Positions 56,675 to 64,000 of a stretch of DNA of 64,000 nt are shown piece after piece. Made by a program: the position numbers and the translations under genes. Source of the DNA: Clostridia bacterium (GTDB lineage: Bacteria; Bacillota; Clostridia; Oscillospirales; CAG-272); the NCBI GenBank assembly GCA_017539425.1, contig JAFYHA010000141.1, positions 3,839 through 67,838 of the forward strand, read 5' to 3'. Within the stretch, counting starts at the first letter, position 1; every line of letters starts with the position of its first letter. The notes below the pieces were generated by a model that saw nothing but the letters and a program-made list of their open reading frames with translations, was not told where the DNA came from and searched no databases.

Positions 56675-58342
56675 TCACACAAGCTTGGGAGCTTTCAGAC
56701 TCACGATCCTGTTGAATGTGTTTTCGTGTTTCGTATCCTTGCAGTAATATGCATCCCTTACGAACTGGAATCTGTCTCCGGACTTGGCTTCGGCCAACGC
56801 AGGTTCTACAAGAGCATTCTCAATGGCCACTACGGACTCGGGATTCAAATACTGATCATAGTCGGCGCTGGAGATCTTGGTCATATCCGCTTCGGTGAAA
56901 AGTTGCCCATAAAGCATCAGGGTGGCTTTTTCCGCATTCTTTTCAGACAGCCAGTGCAATGTGCCCTTTACCTTTCTTCCGTCCACAGGATTGCCGTTTC
57001 CGGACACCAGATCCGCGCTCACATGTATTTCAACGATCTTCCCCTCTGCATCTGCGATTACTTCGTCGCAGCGAACAATGTAAGCACCCATCAGCCGGAC
57101 CTCCCCGTCCGGTTTCAGCCTTTGGAATTTTGGTGGCGGCACCATGGCAAAGTCTTCCTCATCGATGAAAAGATTGCGGGTAAACAAAACCTTGCGGGTA
57201 CCGTCCTCCGGACGGTTCGGATTGTTGGGAAGTTCGAACCATTCCTCCCGATCCTCAGGATAATTGGTCACCACGACCTTGATCGGATGCTTGATGGCAA
57301 TTCGTCTGGGGGCTGCTTCGTTCAGTTCATCGCGGATACAAGCCTCCATCATGGAAATATCCACAATGCTGTCCGCCTTGGAAATACCGGCATCCTCGAC
57401 GAATTTGAAAATGGAAGTCGGGGTATAACCTCTTCTGCGCAATCCGCACAGGGTCGGCAGTCTCGGATCGTCCCATCCGTCTGCAAGACCCGTCTCCACC
57501 AGTTTGCGGAGATAGCGCTTGCTCATCACCGTGTAAGTCATATTCAGCCGGGCAAACTCACGCTGCTTGGGCGGGATCTGTCCGGGTTTTACAATACCCG
57601 CATGTTCCACGACCCATTCATAAAGGGGCCTGTGATTCTCAAATTCAAGTGAACACAGCGAATAGGTGATTCCCTCTATGGCGTCCTGAATCGGATGCGC
57701 AAAATCGTACAAAGGATAGATGCACCACTGATCCCCCTGACGGTGATGTGACGTATGCAATATCCGGTAGATGGCCGGATCACGCATATTCATATTCGGG
57801 CTGGCCATGTCAATCTTAGCTCTGAGCGTCTTGCTTCCGTCCGGGAACTCCCCGGCTTTCATACGCTCGAACAGATCCAGATTCTCTTCTACGGTCCGGT
57901 TGCGGTAAGGGCTCTCCTTGCCCGGCTCGGTCAACGTTCCCCGATACTCGCGCAGCTCGTCCGCACTCAGGTCATCCACATAAGCCAATCCGTCCCGGAT
58001 CAGTTTCAGCGCACACTCGTAGCACTTTCCAAAGTAATCCGAACCATAGAAAATGCCTCCGTTAGGCACCGCGCCCAGCCAGTTGAGATCGTTTTCAATC
58101 GATTCAACATACTCCATATCCTCTTTGGAAGGATTCGTATCGTCAAAGCGCAGGTTGAACAGGCCACCGTATTTCTTGGCCGTCGTGTAGTTGATCATGA
58201 TGGCTTTTGCCGATCCGATATGCAGATAGCCGTTGGGCTCCGGAGGAAATCGGGTATGAACCTTGATGTCCGGATTCTGTTGCAGATCCGCATCAATGAT
58301 ATCATGAATGAAATTACCCTTGCTTTCAGTTTCAAATTCCAT
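56675..58342 (-). CDS. glnS: glutamine--tRNA ligase
   Basis: The track ORF is over-extended. The start is MEFETESKGNFIHDIID at 58342. HIGH motif (PNGYLHIGSAKA) and KMSKS-like VMSKR. Product is 555 aa. Confidence 0.95.
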   Translation of the reverse strand: MEFETESKGNFIHDIIDADLQQNPDIKVHTRFPPEPNGYLHIGSAKAIMINYTTAKKYGGLFNLRFDDTNPSKEDMEYVESIENDLNWLGAVPNGGIFYGSDYFGKCYECALKLIRDGLAYVDDLSADELREYRGTLTEPGKESPYRNRTVEENLDLFERMKAGEFPDGSKTLRAKIDMASPNMNMRDPAIYRILHTSHHRQGDQWCIYPLYDFAHPIQDAIEGITYSLCSLEFENHRPLYEWVVEHAGIVKPGQIPPKQREFARLNMTYTVMSKRYLRKLVETGLADGWDDPRLPTLCGLRRRGYTPTSIFKFVEDAGISKADSIVDISMMEACIRDELNEAAPRRIAIKHPIKVVVTNYPEDREEWFELPNNPNRPEDGTRKVLFTRNLFIDEEDFAMVPPPKFQRLKPDGEVRLMGAYIVRCDEVIADAEGKIVEIHVSADLVSGNGNPVDGRKVKGTLHWLSEKNAEKATLMLYGQLFTEADMTKISSADYDQYLNPESVVAIENALVEPALAEAKSGDRFQFVRDAYYCKDTKHENTFNRIVSLKAPKLV

Positions 58343-58358
58343 CTGCTTTCGCTCCTTT

Positions 58359-58970
58359 TTACATTCCCAGAATCTGTAGGGCATCTCCCAAAGTAGCTGA
58401 GGGGCCATGCCCGGGGAACAGTATGATTTTTCTATCCATACAAGCCAACAGTCCCAATGAGGCTGCCATTTCAGCATCATTTCCGCTATACAGGTCTGTC
58501 CTTCCGTATCCCATGGAGAACAGTGTATCGCCGGAAAGAAGGGTCCGGCCTGTCAGGAAGCAGCAACTTCCCGATGTGTGCCCCGGCGTATGTATGGTCT
58601 GGATTTCTTCTTTTCCAATATGGAAAGACGCACCGTCCGAAAACGTTTGGTCGACGAACCCATAGGCGCCTTCCTTTCCAAAAAACAGCGTATAGGCGTT
58701 CTTTCTTCCGTCATTGACAAACGTGCTGTCCGCTTCGTGGATCATCACAGGCACATGAAATACCGTTCTCGCTTCCTGCATGCACAGCATATGGTCAAAA
58801 TGCCCGTGGGTCAACAGTATGGCTTTGAGTTCAGCTCCGTGCTGCCGGAGTTCCCTCTGAACAGATGCTACAGGAGCACTCGGATCAACCAAAACAGCCT
58901 CTCCGTCCGCCACCATAAGATAACAGTTAGAGGCATAATCCACCGAGGATTCAACATGTACGATTTCCAT
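58359..58970 (-). CDS. MBL-fold metallo-hydrolase (glyoxalase II-like)
   Basis: Start MEIVHVESSVDYASNCYL at 58970 (GGAGG upstream). LTHGHFDH motif. Product is 203 aa. Confidence 0.88.
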   Translation of the reverse strand: MEIVHVESSVDYASNCYLMVADGEAVLVDPSAPVASVQRELRQHGAELKAILLTHGHFDHMLCMQEARTVFHVPVMIHEADSTFVNDGRKNAYTLFFGKEGAYGFVDQTFSDGASFHIGKEEIQTIHTPGHTSGSCCFLTGRTLLSGDTLFSMGYGRTDLYSGNDAEMAASLGLLACMDRKIILFPGHGPSATLGDALQILGM

Positions 58971-58998
58971 ATCCGCCTCCGTTTGAAGATTCTTATTG

Positions 58999-59027
58999 AT
59001 TATAGCACACCACGCGGAGTCTCGCAA
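58999..59027 (-). promoter_or_regulatory. putative sigma-A promoter (TTGCGA-17-TATAAT) of the MBL-glnS operon
   Basis: Minus strand reads TTGCGAgactccgcgtggtgtgcTATAAT. Confidence 0.6.
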
Positions 59028-59037
59028 CGAACGAGTG

Positions 59038-59079
59038 AAAAAAAGCGAACGGCATAGCAGCGCAAACCGCCATGCCGTT
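59038..59079 (-). terminator. rho-independent terminator ending the alpha operon (after rplQ)
   Basis: Minus strand has an AACGGCAT...ATGCCGTT stem with an internal extension, followed by CGCTTTTTTT. Confidence 0.75.
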
Positions 59080-59169
59080 GCCCTCGGATCTGCATTCCTG
59101 CAGGATCCGGTCCTATACACAGGTGCCCTCCCGCAGTTGTGCGGCACCGAGCACCGATTTCAGAGTCAA

Positions 59170-59544
59170 TTAATCGACCAGAGTGAGAACTGCCATTTCA
59201 GCAGCATCGCCGCGACGGAAACCGGTCTTGTACAGTTTCGTATAGCCACCGTTGCGGTCGACATACTTGGGAGCAATTACGCTCACGATCTTCTCGACGA
59301 CATCCTCTTTGGTGATGTAGGCATATAATGCGCGACGCGCGTTGTATGCGTTGACCTTGTCGCCGTCTTCTCTGTATGCATATGACTTTTTGCCAAGAGT
59401 AATAATCTGTTCGGCAATGGACTGCACTTCTTTGGCTCTGGTGACAGTCGTTTCGATCTTGCCTTTGTCTAAGAGCAGTGTTACCATACCGCGCAGCATT
59501 GCGTTTCTGTGAGCGGTAACTCTGCCGAGTTTTCTGTTGGGCAT
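59170..59544 (-). CDS. rplQ: 50S ribosomal protein L17
   Basis: 124 aa. MPNRKLGRVTAHRNAMLRGM... is typical L17. Confidence 0.97.
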   Translation of the reverse strand: MPNRKLGRVTAHRNAMLRGMVTLLLDKGKIETTVTRAKEVQSIAEQIITLGKKSYAYREDGDKVNAYNARRALYAYITKEDVVEKIVSVIAPKYVDRNGGYTKLYKTGFRRGDAAEMAVLTLVD

Positions 59545-59595
59545 TATTCTGTCCCTCCTCTGTTTTACACGTATCTTTGCAGACCGAATCTACAT

Positions 59596-60660
59596 TCAGT
59601 CTTCTTCTTCTCTCAGGCTGAGTCCCAAAGATTTGAGTTTCTGAATAACTTCTTCCAAAGATTTCTTGCCGAGGTTCCGAATCTTGATCATTTCGCTTTC
59701 AGTTCGGCTGATTAATTGCTCGACGGTATCTATCGACGCACGTCTCAAGCAGTTTTGACTGCGGATAGATAGCTCAAGGTCCTCAATGGTCATTTCAAGG
59801 AATTTTTCCTTCTTCTCCTCTTCGCCAACGCTCAGAGTATTTTCGGGAAGGTCCTCATCGGACAGTTCTTCAAACAGTTTGAGATGGTCGTTGAGAATCT
59901 TAGCACTGTAAGAAATAGCTTTTTTAGCGGAGATTGTTCCGTTTGTCAGAATTTCAATGGTCAATTTATCGTAATCCGTATCACTTCCCACACGGGTGTT
60001 CTCCACAGTATAGTTTGCTGCGTTGACCGGGGTGTAGATCGAATCCGTATAGATCGTTCCGATTGTGGAGGGCGCTGAAGCGGCAGGAGCGGGAGCGGCT
60101 GCTTCTTTAGCATCCTTTTCGCTGGCATTCTTGTCGCCGGCGTTCTCGTTATTCTTGTTCTCTTTTTCCTTAAGGGCAGCCAACTGATGGATCTGCTTGT
60201 TGCGTTCCTGAGACACATATCCGCGTCCGCTTTCAAAAACCAGTTCCATATAGAAGCGGCTTCCGTCGCCGACGGTAGCAATATGATGATCCGGATTCAG
60301 CACATCCACATCAGCGTCCGCAGTAATGTCACCAGCGGTGACTTCACAAGGACCGGTCACATCGATTGTGGCCATCTTGGGCTCGGATGTGTGCAGTTTG
60401 GCGACGATTCCCTTCACGTTCAGTACGATCTCTGTAACGTCTTCCGAAACACCGGGAATCACGGAAAACTCATGCACCACACCGTCGATTTTGATGCTCG
60501 TCACGGCATATCCGGGAAGCGAACTGAGAAGAACTCTGCGCAAAGAATTGCCCAGCGTGATGCCGTATCCTCTTTCAAGAGGTTCTACTACAAATACGCC
60601 TTTCTTGCCATCTTCGCTTAATTCCGCAACCTTGATTATAGGCTTTTCAATCTCTATCAT
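59596..60660 (-). CDS. rpoA: DNA-directed RNA polymerase subunit alpha (with a lineage-specific insertion)
   Basis: 354 aa. N-terminal [24 protein letters not shown] and a C-terminal domain [19 protein letters not shown]...[12 protein letters not shown]. It has about 40 extra low-complexity residues around aa 156-198. Confidence 0.96.
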   Translation of the reverse strand: MIEIEKPIIKVAELSEDGKKGVFVVEPLERGYGITLGNSLRRVLLSSLPGYAVTSIKIDGVVHEFSVIPGVSEDVTEIVLNVKGIVAKLHTSEPKMATIDVTGPCEVTAGDITADADVDVLNPDHHIATVGDGSRFYMELVFESGRGYVSQERNKQIHQLAALKEKENKNNENAGDKNASEKDAKEAAAPAPAASAPSTIGTIYTDSIYTPVNAANYTVENTRVGSDTDYDKLTIEILTNGTISAKKAISYSAKILNDHLKLFEELSDEDLPENTLSVGEEEKKEKFLEMTIEDLELSIRSQNCLRRASIDTVEQLISRTESEMIKIRNLGKKSLEEVIQKLKSLGLSLREEED

Positions 60661-60735
60661 TCCTTAATACCTCCTGGTTGTATCCGTAATAGTTGCATTT
60701 TCAAATTATAGAACAGCTGTGAGAACAGCAACCTA

Positions 60736-61323
60736 TTATTTAGAATACAACTCAACAATCAGTGTTTCGTTGACGGGAACATCGATTTCTTCGCGGGTCG
60801 GATAAGCTTTGACAGTAGCCTTCAGGGCTTCTTTGTCGCACTCGATCCATGCGGGAGTCAGGCGGCCGGATGCGGTCTCCACGATTTCCTTGATACGGGC
60901 ACTGCTCTTATATTTTTCTGCAATTGCAACCACATCACCGGGTTTGACCTGGATGGAAGGAATGTTGACAGACTTTCCATTGATCGTTACGAAATGATGA
61001 TTGATCAGCTGCTTTGCTTCTCTTCTGGTTCTGGCCAGACCCATTCTGAACAGCACGTTGTCCAGACGGCATTCCAGAAGAACCATCAGGTTTTCGCCAG
61101 CCTGACCCTTCATCTTCTCAGCCTTGTCATAGTAGTTACGGAAGGGAGTCTCCATTACGTCGTAAATGAATTTTGCCTTCTGCTTCTCTCTCAGCTGCAA
61201 GCCATATTCGCTGACTTTCTTGTTTGAGCGCTTGGGAGCCCGCTTGGACTCTTTGTCCAGTCCGATCACGGCAGGACTGATCCCCAGGGCTTTGCATCTC
61301 TTCAATGCAGGTACTTTAGCCAT
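60736..61323 (-). CDS. rpsD: 30S ribosomal protein S4
   Basis: 195 aa. YGLQLREKQK, and an S4 domain LDNVLFRMGLARTRREAKQLINHHFVTINGK. Confidence 0.97.
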   Translation of the reverse strand: MAKVPALKRCKALGISPAVIGLDKESKRAPKRSNKKVSEYGLQLREKQKAKFIYDVMETPFRNYYDKAEKMKGQAGENLMVLLECRLDNVLFRMGLARTRREAKQLINHHFVTINGKSVNIPSIQVKPGDVVAIAEKYKSSARIKEIVETASGRLTPAWIECDKEALKATVKAYPTREEIDVPVNETLIVELYSK

Positions 61324-61344
61324 AATTGTTAATCCTCCGAATCA

Positions 61345-61740
61345 TTAGATACGTCTGCGCTTGGGCGGACGGCAACCGTTGTGAGGAATCGGGGTCACGT
61401 CGCGAATCAGCGTAACCTGCATTCCAACGGTCTCAAGAGCGCGAATCGCGGATTCACGTCCCTGACCCGGGCCTTTAACGTACACTTCCACAGTCTTCAG
61501 ACCATACTCAAGAGCATTCTTGAGAGCGGCTTCAGAAGCAGCCTGTGCAGCAAAAGGAGTGGACTTTCTGGACCCTTTGAAGCCCAGTTCGCCTGCGGAA
61601 GCCCAAGAGAGAGCGTTGCCATTCATATCGGTAACCGTAACAATCGTGTTGTTGAAGGACGCGTCGATATGGACCTGACCTTTTTCAACAACTTTACGAT
61701 CGCGACGCTTTTTAATAACCTTTTTGTTTGCGTTAGCCAT
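61345..61740 (-). CDS. rpsK: 30S ribosomal protein S11
   Basis: 131 aa. [18 protein letters not shown] and [11 protein letters not shown] motifs. Confidence 0.97.
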   Translation of the reverse strand: MANANKKVIKKRRDRKVVEKGQVHIDASFNNTIVTVTDMNGNALSWASAGELGFKGSRKSTPFAAQAASEAALKNALEYGLKTVEVYVKGPGQGRESAIRALETVGMQVTLIRDVTPIPHNGCRPPKRRRI

Positions 61741-61755
61741 CTTTTGTTACTCCTT

Positions 61756-62124
61756 TTATTTCTTCTTGTTCGCGATCGTCTTAGCCGGACCTTTTCTGGT
61801 TCTGGCGTTCGTCTTTGTGCGCTGACCTCTGACGGGCAGACTCTTTCTGTGACGGATACCGCGATAGCAGTTGATGTCAACCATTCTCTTGATATCCATA
61901 GATACATTTCTGCGCAGATCACCTTCCACAGTGTAGGAGTTTTCGATCTCGTCACGGATCTTTGCGATCTCGTCCTCGGTCAAATCCTTTGCGCGTGTGT
62001 CAGGATTGATTCCGGTCTTCGTCAAAATGTCGCTGGCACTCTTGTGACCGATACCGTAAATATAGGTCAGAGCGATCTCAACGCGTTTGTTGTTGGGCAA
62101 ATCAACACCAGCAATACGAGCCAT
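61756..62124 (-). CDS. rpsM: 30S ribosomal protein S13
   Basis: 122 aa. [26 protein letters not shown]. Confidence 0.97.
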   Translation of the reverse strand: MARIAGVDLPNNKRVEIALTYIYGIGHKSASDILTKTGINPDTRAKDLTEDEIAKIRDEIENSYTVEGDLRRNVSMDIKRMVDINCYRGIRHRKSLPVRGQRTKTNARTRKGPAKTIANKKK

Positions 62125-62166
62125 TTTTACATTTCACCTCGTGTTTCTTTCTGAGACCCGGCCGGA

Positions 62167-62280
62167 TCAGCCCTGTCTCTGCTTGTGCTTGGGATTTTCA
62201 CAGATGACCATGACAATCCCTCTTCTCTTAATGATTTTGCACTTGTTGCAAATCTTTTTAACGGACGGTTTCACTTTCAT
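62167..62280 (-). CDS. rpmJ: 50S ribosomal protein L36
   Basis: Not in the ORF track because it is too short. My own minus-strand translation gives [37 protein letters not shown]-stop (37 aa, zinc-ribbon L36). Confidence 0.95.
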   Translation of the reverse strand: MKVKPSVKKICNKCKIIKRRGIVMVICENPKHKQRQG

Positions 62281-62355
62281 GAGAGAATACCATACCTTTC
62301 TTGTTTTTTGATGCATGCGACGCATGCGCGGACGCAACTTCGCACCCGATCGCGA

Positions 62356-62583
62356 CTATTTCGCGCGCCAGGTGATCCGTCCCTTCGTAAGGTCGTAGAT
62401 CGATACTTCAACCGTAACACGATCGCCGGGAAGAATACGGATATAATTCATACGAAGCCTTCCGGAAATATGTGCCATAATGACATGGCCGTTCGGAAGT
62501 TTGACTTTGAAGGTGGCGTTCGGCAGAGCCTCCAGCACAGTACCTTCAAATTCCATAACATCATCTTTGGGCAGAATAATCAC
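62356..62583 (-). CDS. infA: translation initiation factor IF-1
   Basis: [70 protein letters not shown] is an S1-like IF-1. The 5' end is uncertain: the GTG at 62583 overlaps the SD AGGAG (see findings). Confidence 0.93.
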   Translation of the reverse strand: MIILPKDDVMEFEGTVLEALPNATFKVKLPNGHVIMAHISGRLRMNYIRILPGDRVTVEVSIYDLTKGRITWRAK

Positions 62584-62595
62584 TCCTATCTTGGA

Positions 62596-63357
62596 TTAGA
62601 AATCTTCTTCAACGATGGTCAGATTGATAACACCGTCATCAGTCAGGGCAACTGTGTTCTCATAATGGGCCGACAACTTGTGATCCCGCGTTTTCACGGT
62701 CCACCCGTTGGGCAGCACATATACATCATAAGTACCCACATTCACCATAGGTTCTATGGCGATTACCATTCCGGCACACAAACGCGGCCCCCTGCCGGGG
62801 GTTCCGTAATTCGGCACATCGGGAGATTCATGCAGATCCGCTCCCACACCATGGCCCACATACTGTTTCACTGTGCTGAAGCCATATGAGCAGACAACCG
62901 CATCAACAGCCGCCCCGATATCACCGATCCGGTTGCCGACCTTTACCTGTTCAAGTCCGGCAAAAAAGCTGTCCCGGGTTACCTTGATCAGTTGCAGCGC
63001 CTGATCGCTCACTTTCCCAACGGGAATGGTGCGCGCGCTGTCTCCGTGGAACCCTTTGTAATATGCCCCGACATCGACTTTCACGATGTCTCCGTCCTTG
63101 ATCACATGCCGGTCATCCGGAATTCCGTGGATCACCTCATCATTGATGCTGATACAGGCACTGGCGGGAAATCCGCCATAGCCCAGGAACGAGGGTTTCG
63201 CTCCGCACCGCACAATGTAATTGTGAATCACGGTATCCAGTTCCTGCGTTGTAATGCCGGGACGCAGGAAATCACGAGCGGCCAGTAAAGCCTCACCCGT
63301 AATTTTTCCTGCATCTTTCATTGCCTCGATTTGCAAAGCATTCTTGATTTGAATCAT
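62596..63357 (-). CDS. map: type I methionine aminopeptidase
   Basis: I prefer the ATG at 63357 (MIQIKNALQIEAMKDAG) over the TTG at 63369. Metal-ligand regions DIVKVDVGA, GHGVG and AIEPM. Confidence 0.94.
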   Translation of the reverse strand: MIQIKNALQIEAMKDAGKITGEALLAARDFLRPGITTQELDTVIHNYIVRCGAKPSFLGYGGFPASACISINDEVIHGIPDDRHVIKDGDIVKVDVGAYYKGFHGDSARTIPVGKVSDQALQLIKVTRDSFFAGLEQVKVGNRIGDIGAAVDAVVCSYGFSTVKQYVGHGVGADLHESPDVPNYGTPGRGPRLCAGMVIAIEPMVNVGTYDVYVLPNGWTVKTRDHKLSAHYENTVALTDDGVINLTIVEEDF

Positions 63358-63358
63358 T

Positions 63359-63997
63359 TTATGCCTCAAATTTGGAAATAGCCTTGAAAACCAGCGCAGT
63401 CGTTTCGGAAACTTCTTCCTGCCCTTTAACCCGGATCAGGAGCCCTTCCTTGTCATAGAATCCAGCCAACGGTTCGGTCTGTTCATGATAAGTCTTCAAC
63501 CGGGCCTTGACGGTCTCCGGTGCGTCATCCGCACGGATCACAAGTTTAGACCCGCACTTGTCACAGACATCCGCAACCTTGGGAGGATTGTATTCCACAT
63601 GATAGGAAGCTCCGCAAGAGCATACACGCCGTCCGCTCATTCTCTTGACGATTGCCTCGTCCGGGACTTCAATGCTGACGACCGCATCAATGCGGACTCC
63701 CATTTTCTTCAGGGCCTCTGCCTGAGGAATGGAACGCGGAAAGCCGTCCAGAATAAATCCATTCCGGCAATCATCCGCCTGCATTCTCTCTTTGATCAGG
63801 TTAATAACAAGCTCATCCGGCACAAGCTGGCCTGCATCCACGAAGGATTTGGCCTGCTTGCCCAGTTCAGTTCCGGCCTTCATAGCAGCACGAAGAATAT
63901 CGCCTGTTGAGATGGCCGGGATTCCATACTTCTCGGAAATTTTTGCAGACTGGGTGCCTTTGCCGGCACCCGGTGCGCCCAGTAAAATCAAATTCAT
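63359..63997 (-). CDS. adk: adenylate kinase
   Basis: 212 aa. P-loop [12 protein letters not shown], and a Zn-lid CSCGASYH...CDKCGSKL. Confidence 0.97.
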   Translation of the reverse strand: MNLILLGAPGAGKGTQSAKISEKYGIPAISTGDILRAAMKAGTELGKQAKSFVDAGQLVPDELVINLIKERMQADDCRNGFILDGFPRSIPQAEALKKMGVRIDAVVSIEVPDEAIVKRMSGRRVCSCGASYHVEYNPPKVADVCDKCGSKLVIRADDAPETVKARLKTYHEQTEPLAGFYDKEGLLIRVKGQEEVSETTALVFKAISKFEA

Positions 63998-64000
63998 TGC

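Noticed and set aside
1-64000. CRISPR arrays, tRNA or rRNA genes, IS elements or transposases, integrases, and known defence systems
   Set aside because: I looked for regularly spaced direct repeats, tRNA T-arm/acceptor signatures, and transposase-, integrase- or defence-like ORFs, and found none. The only tRNA-like element is the tmRNA.

Overview
Mostly housekeeping chromosomal segment. Gene content suggests a moderately GC-rich Clostridia-type Firmicute; this is an inference and no search was run. Supporting content: HemZ and HemW radical-SAM proteins, DUF1292, an AbrB with a Zn-ribbon tail, CdaA-CdaR, GlnRS, and the alpha-operon order adk-map-infA-rpmJ-rpsM-rpsK-rpsD-rpoA-rplQ. I can support 58 protein genes and one tmRNA (ssrA), plus motif-level sigma-A-type promoters and stem-loop terminators. 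I saw no rRNA, tRNA, CRISPR array, transposase, integrase or prophage body. Main blocks: (1) mazG-hemZ-dtd-relA-recJ; (2) cdaA-cdaR coupled to a FAD protein; (3) lepA-hemW-DUF1292; (4) a xylose cluster (xylA-xylB-GH3); (5) rnj followed by two uncharacterised genes; (6) abrB-like-galK-rlmH-ychF-trmB-truB; (7) nagA-metG-gpsA-tatD; (8) ssrA; (9) U32 peptidase and a Toprim protein; (10) a compact operon of exonuclease-DUF2007-thiI-PRT-aspS; (11) a surface-protein-rich stretch (MBOAT, BspA-like LRR lipoprotein, two orphan solute-binding lipoproteins, an OppA-like lipoprotein); (12) glnS; (13) the ribosomal alpha operon. The best candidate for something undescribed is at 53.1-54.5 kb. There, an intact self-cleaving-type XRE/S24 (CI/LexA-like) repressor is transcribed divergently from a small 2-TM membrane protein. 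The intergenic region holds five copies of a TTCC[A/G]TTT[G/T]TGG motif, including a 26-bp palindrome. One copy sits in the same position in each of the two divergent promoters. This looks like a damage-inducible effector switch with no phage context. Secondary leads: a DEDDh exonuclease fused to an unrecognised Zn-knuckle N-domain at the head of a tRNA-related operon; a Cys-rich protein plus large membrane-anchored protein pair behind rnj; a low-complexity insertion in RpoA; and a likely non-canonical infA start. Many long antisense shadow ORFs in the track are rejected.
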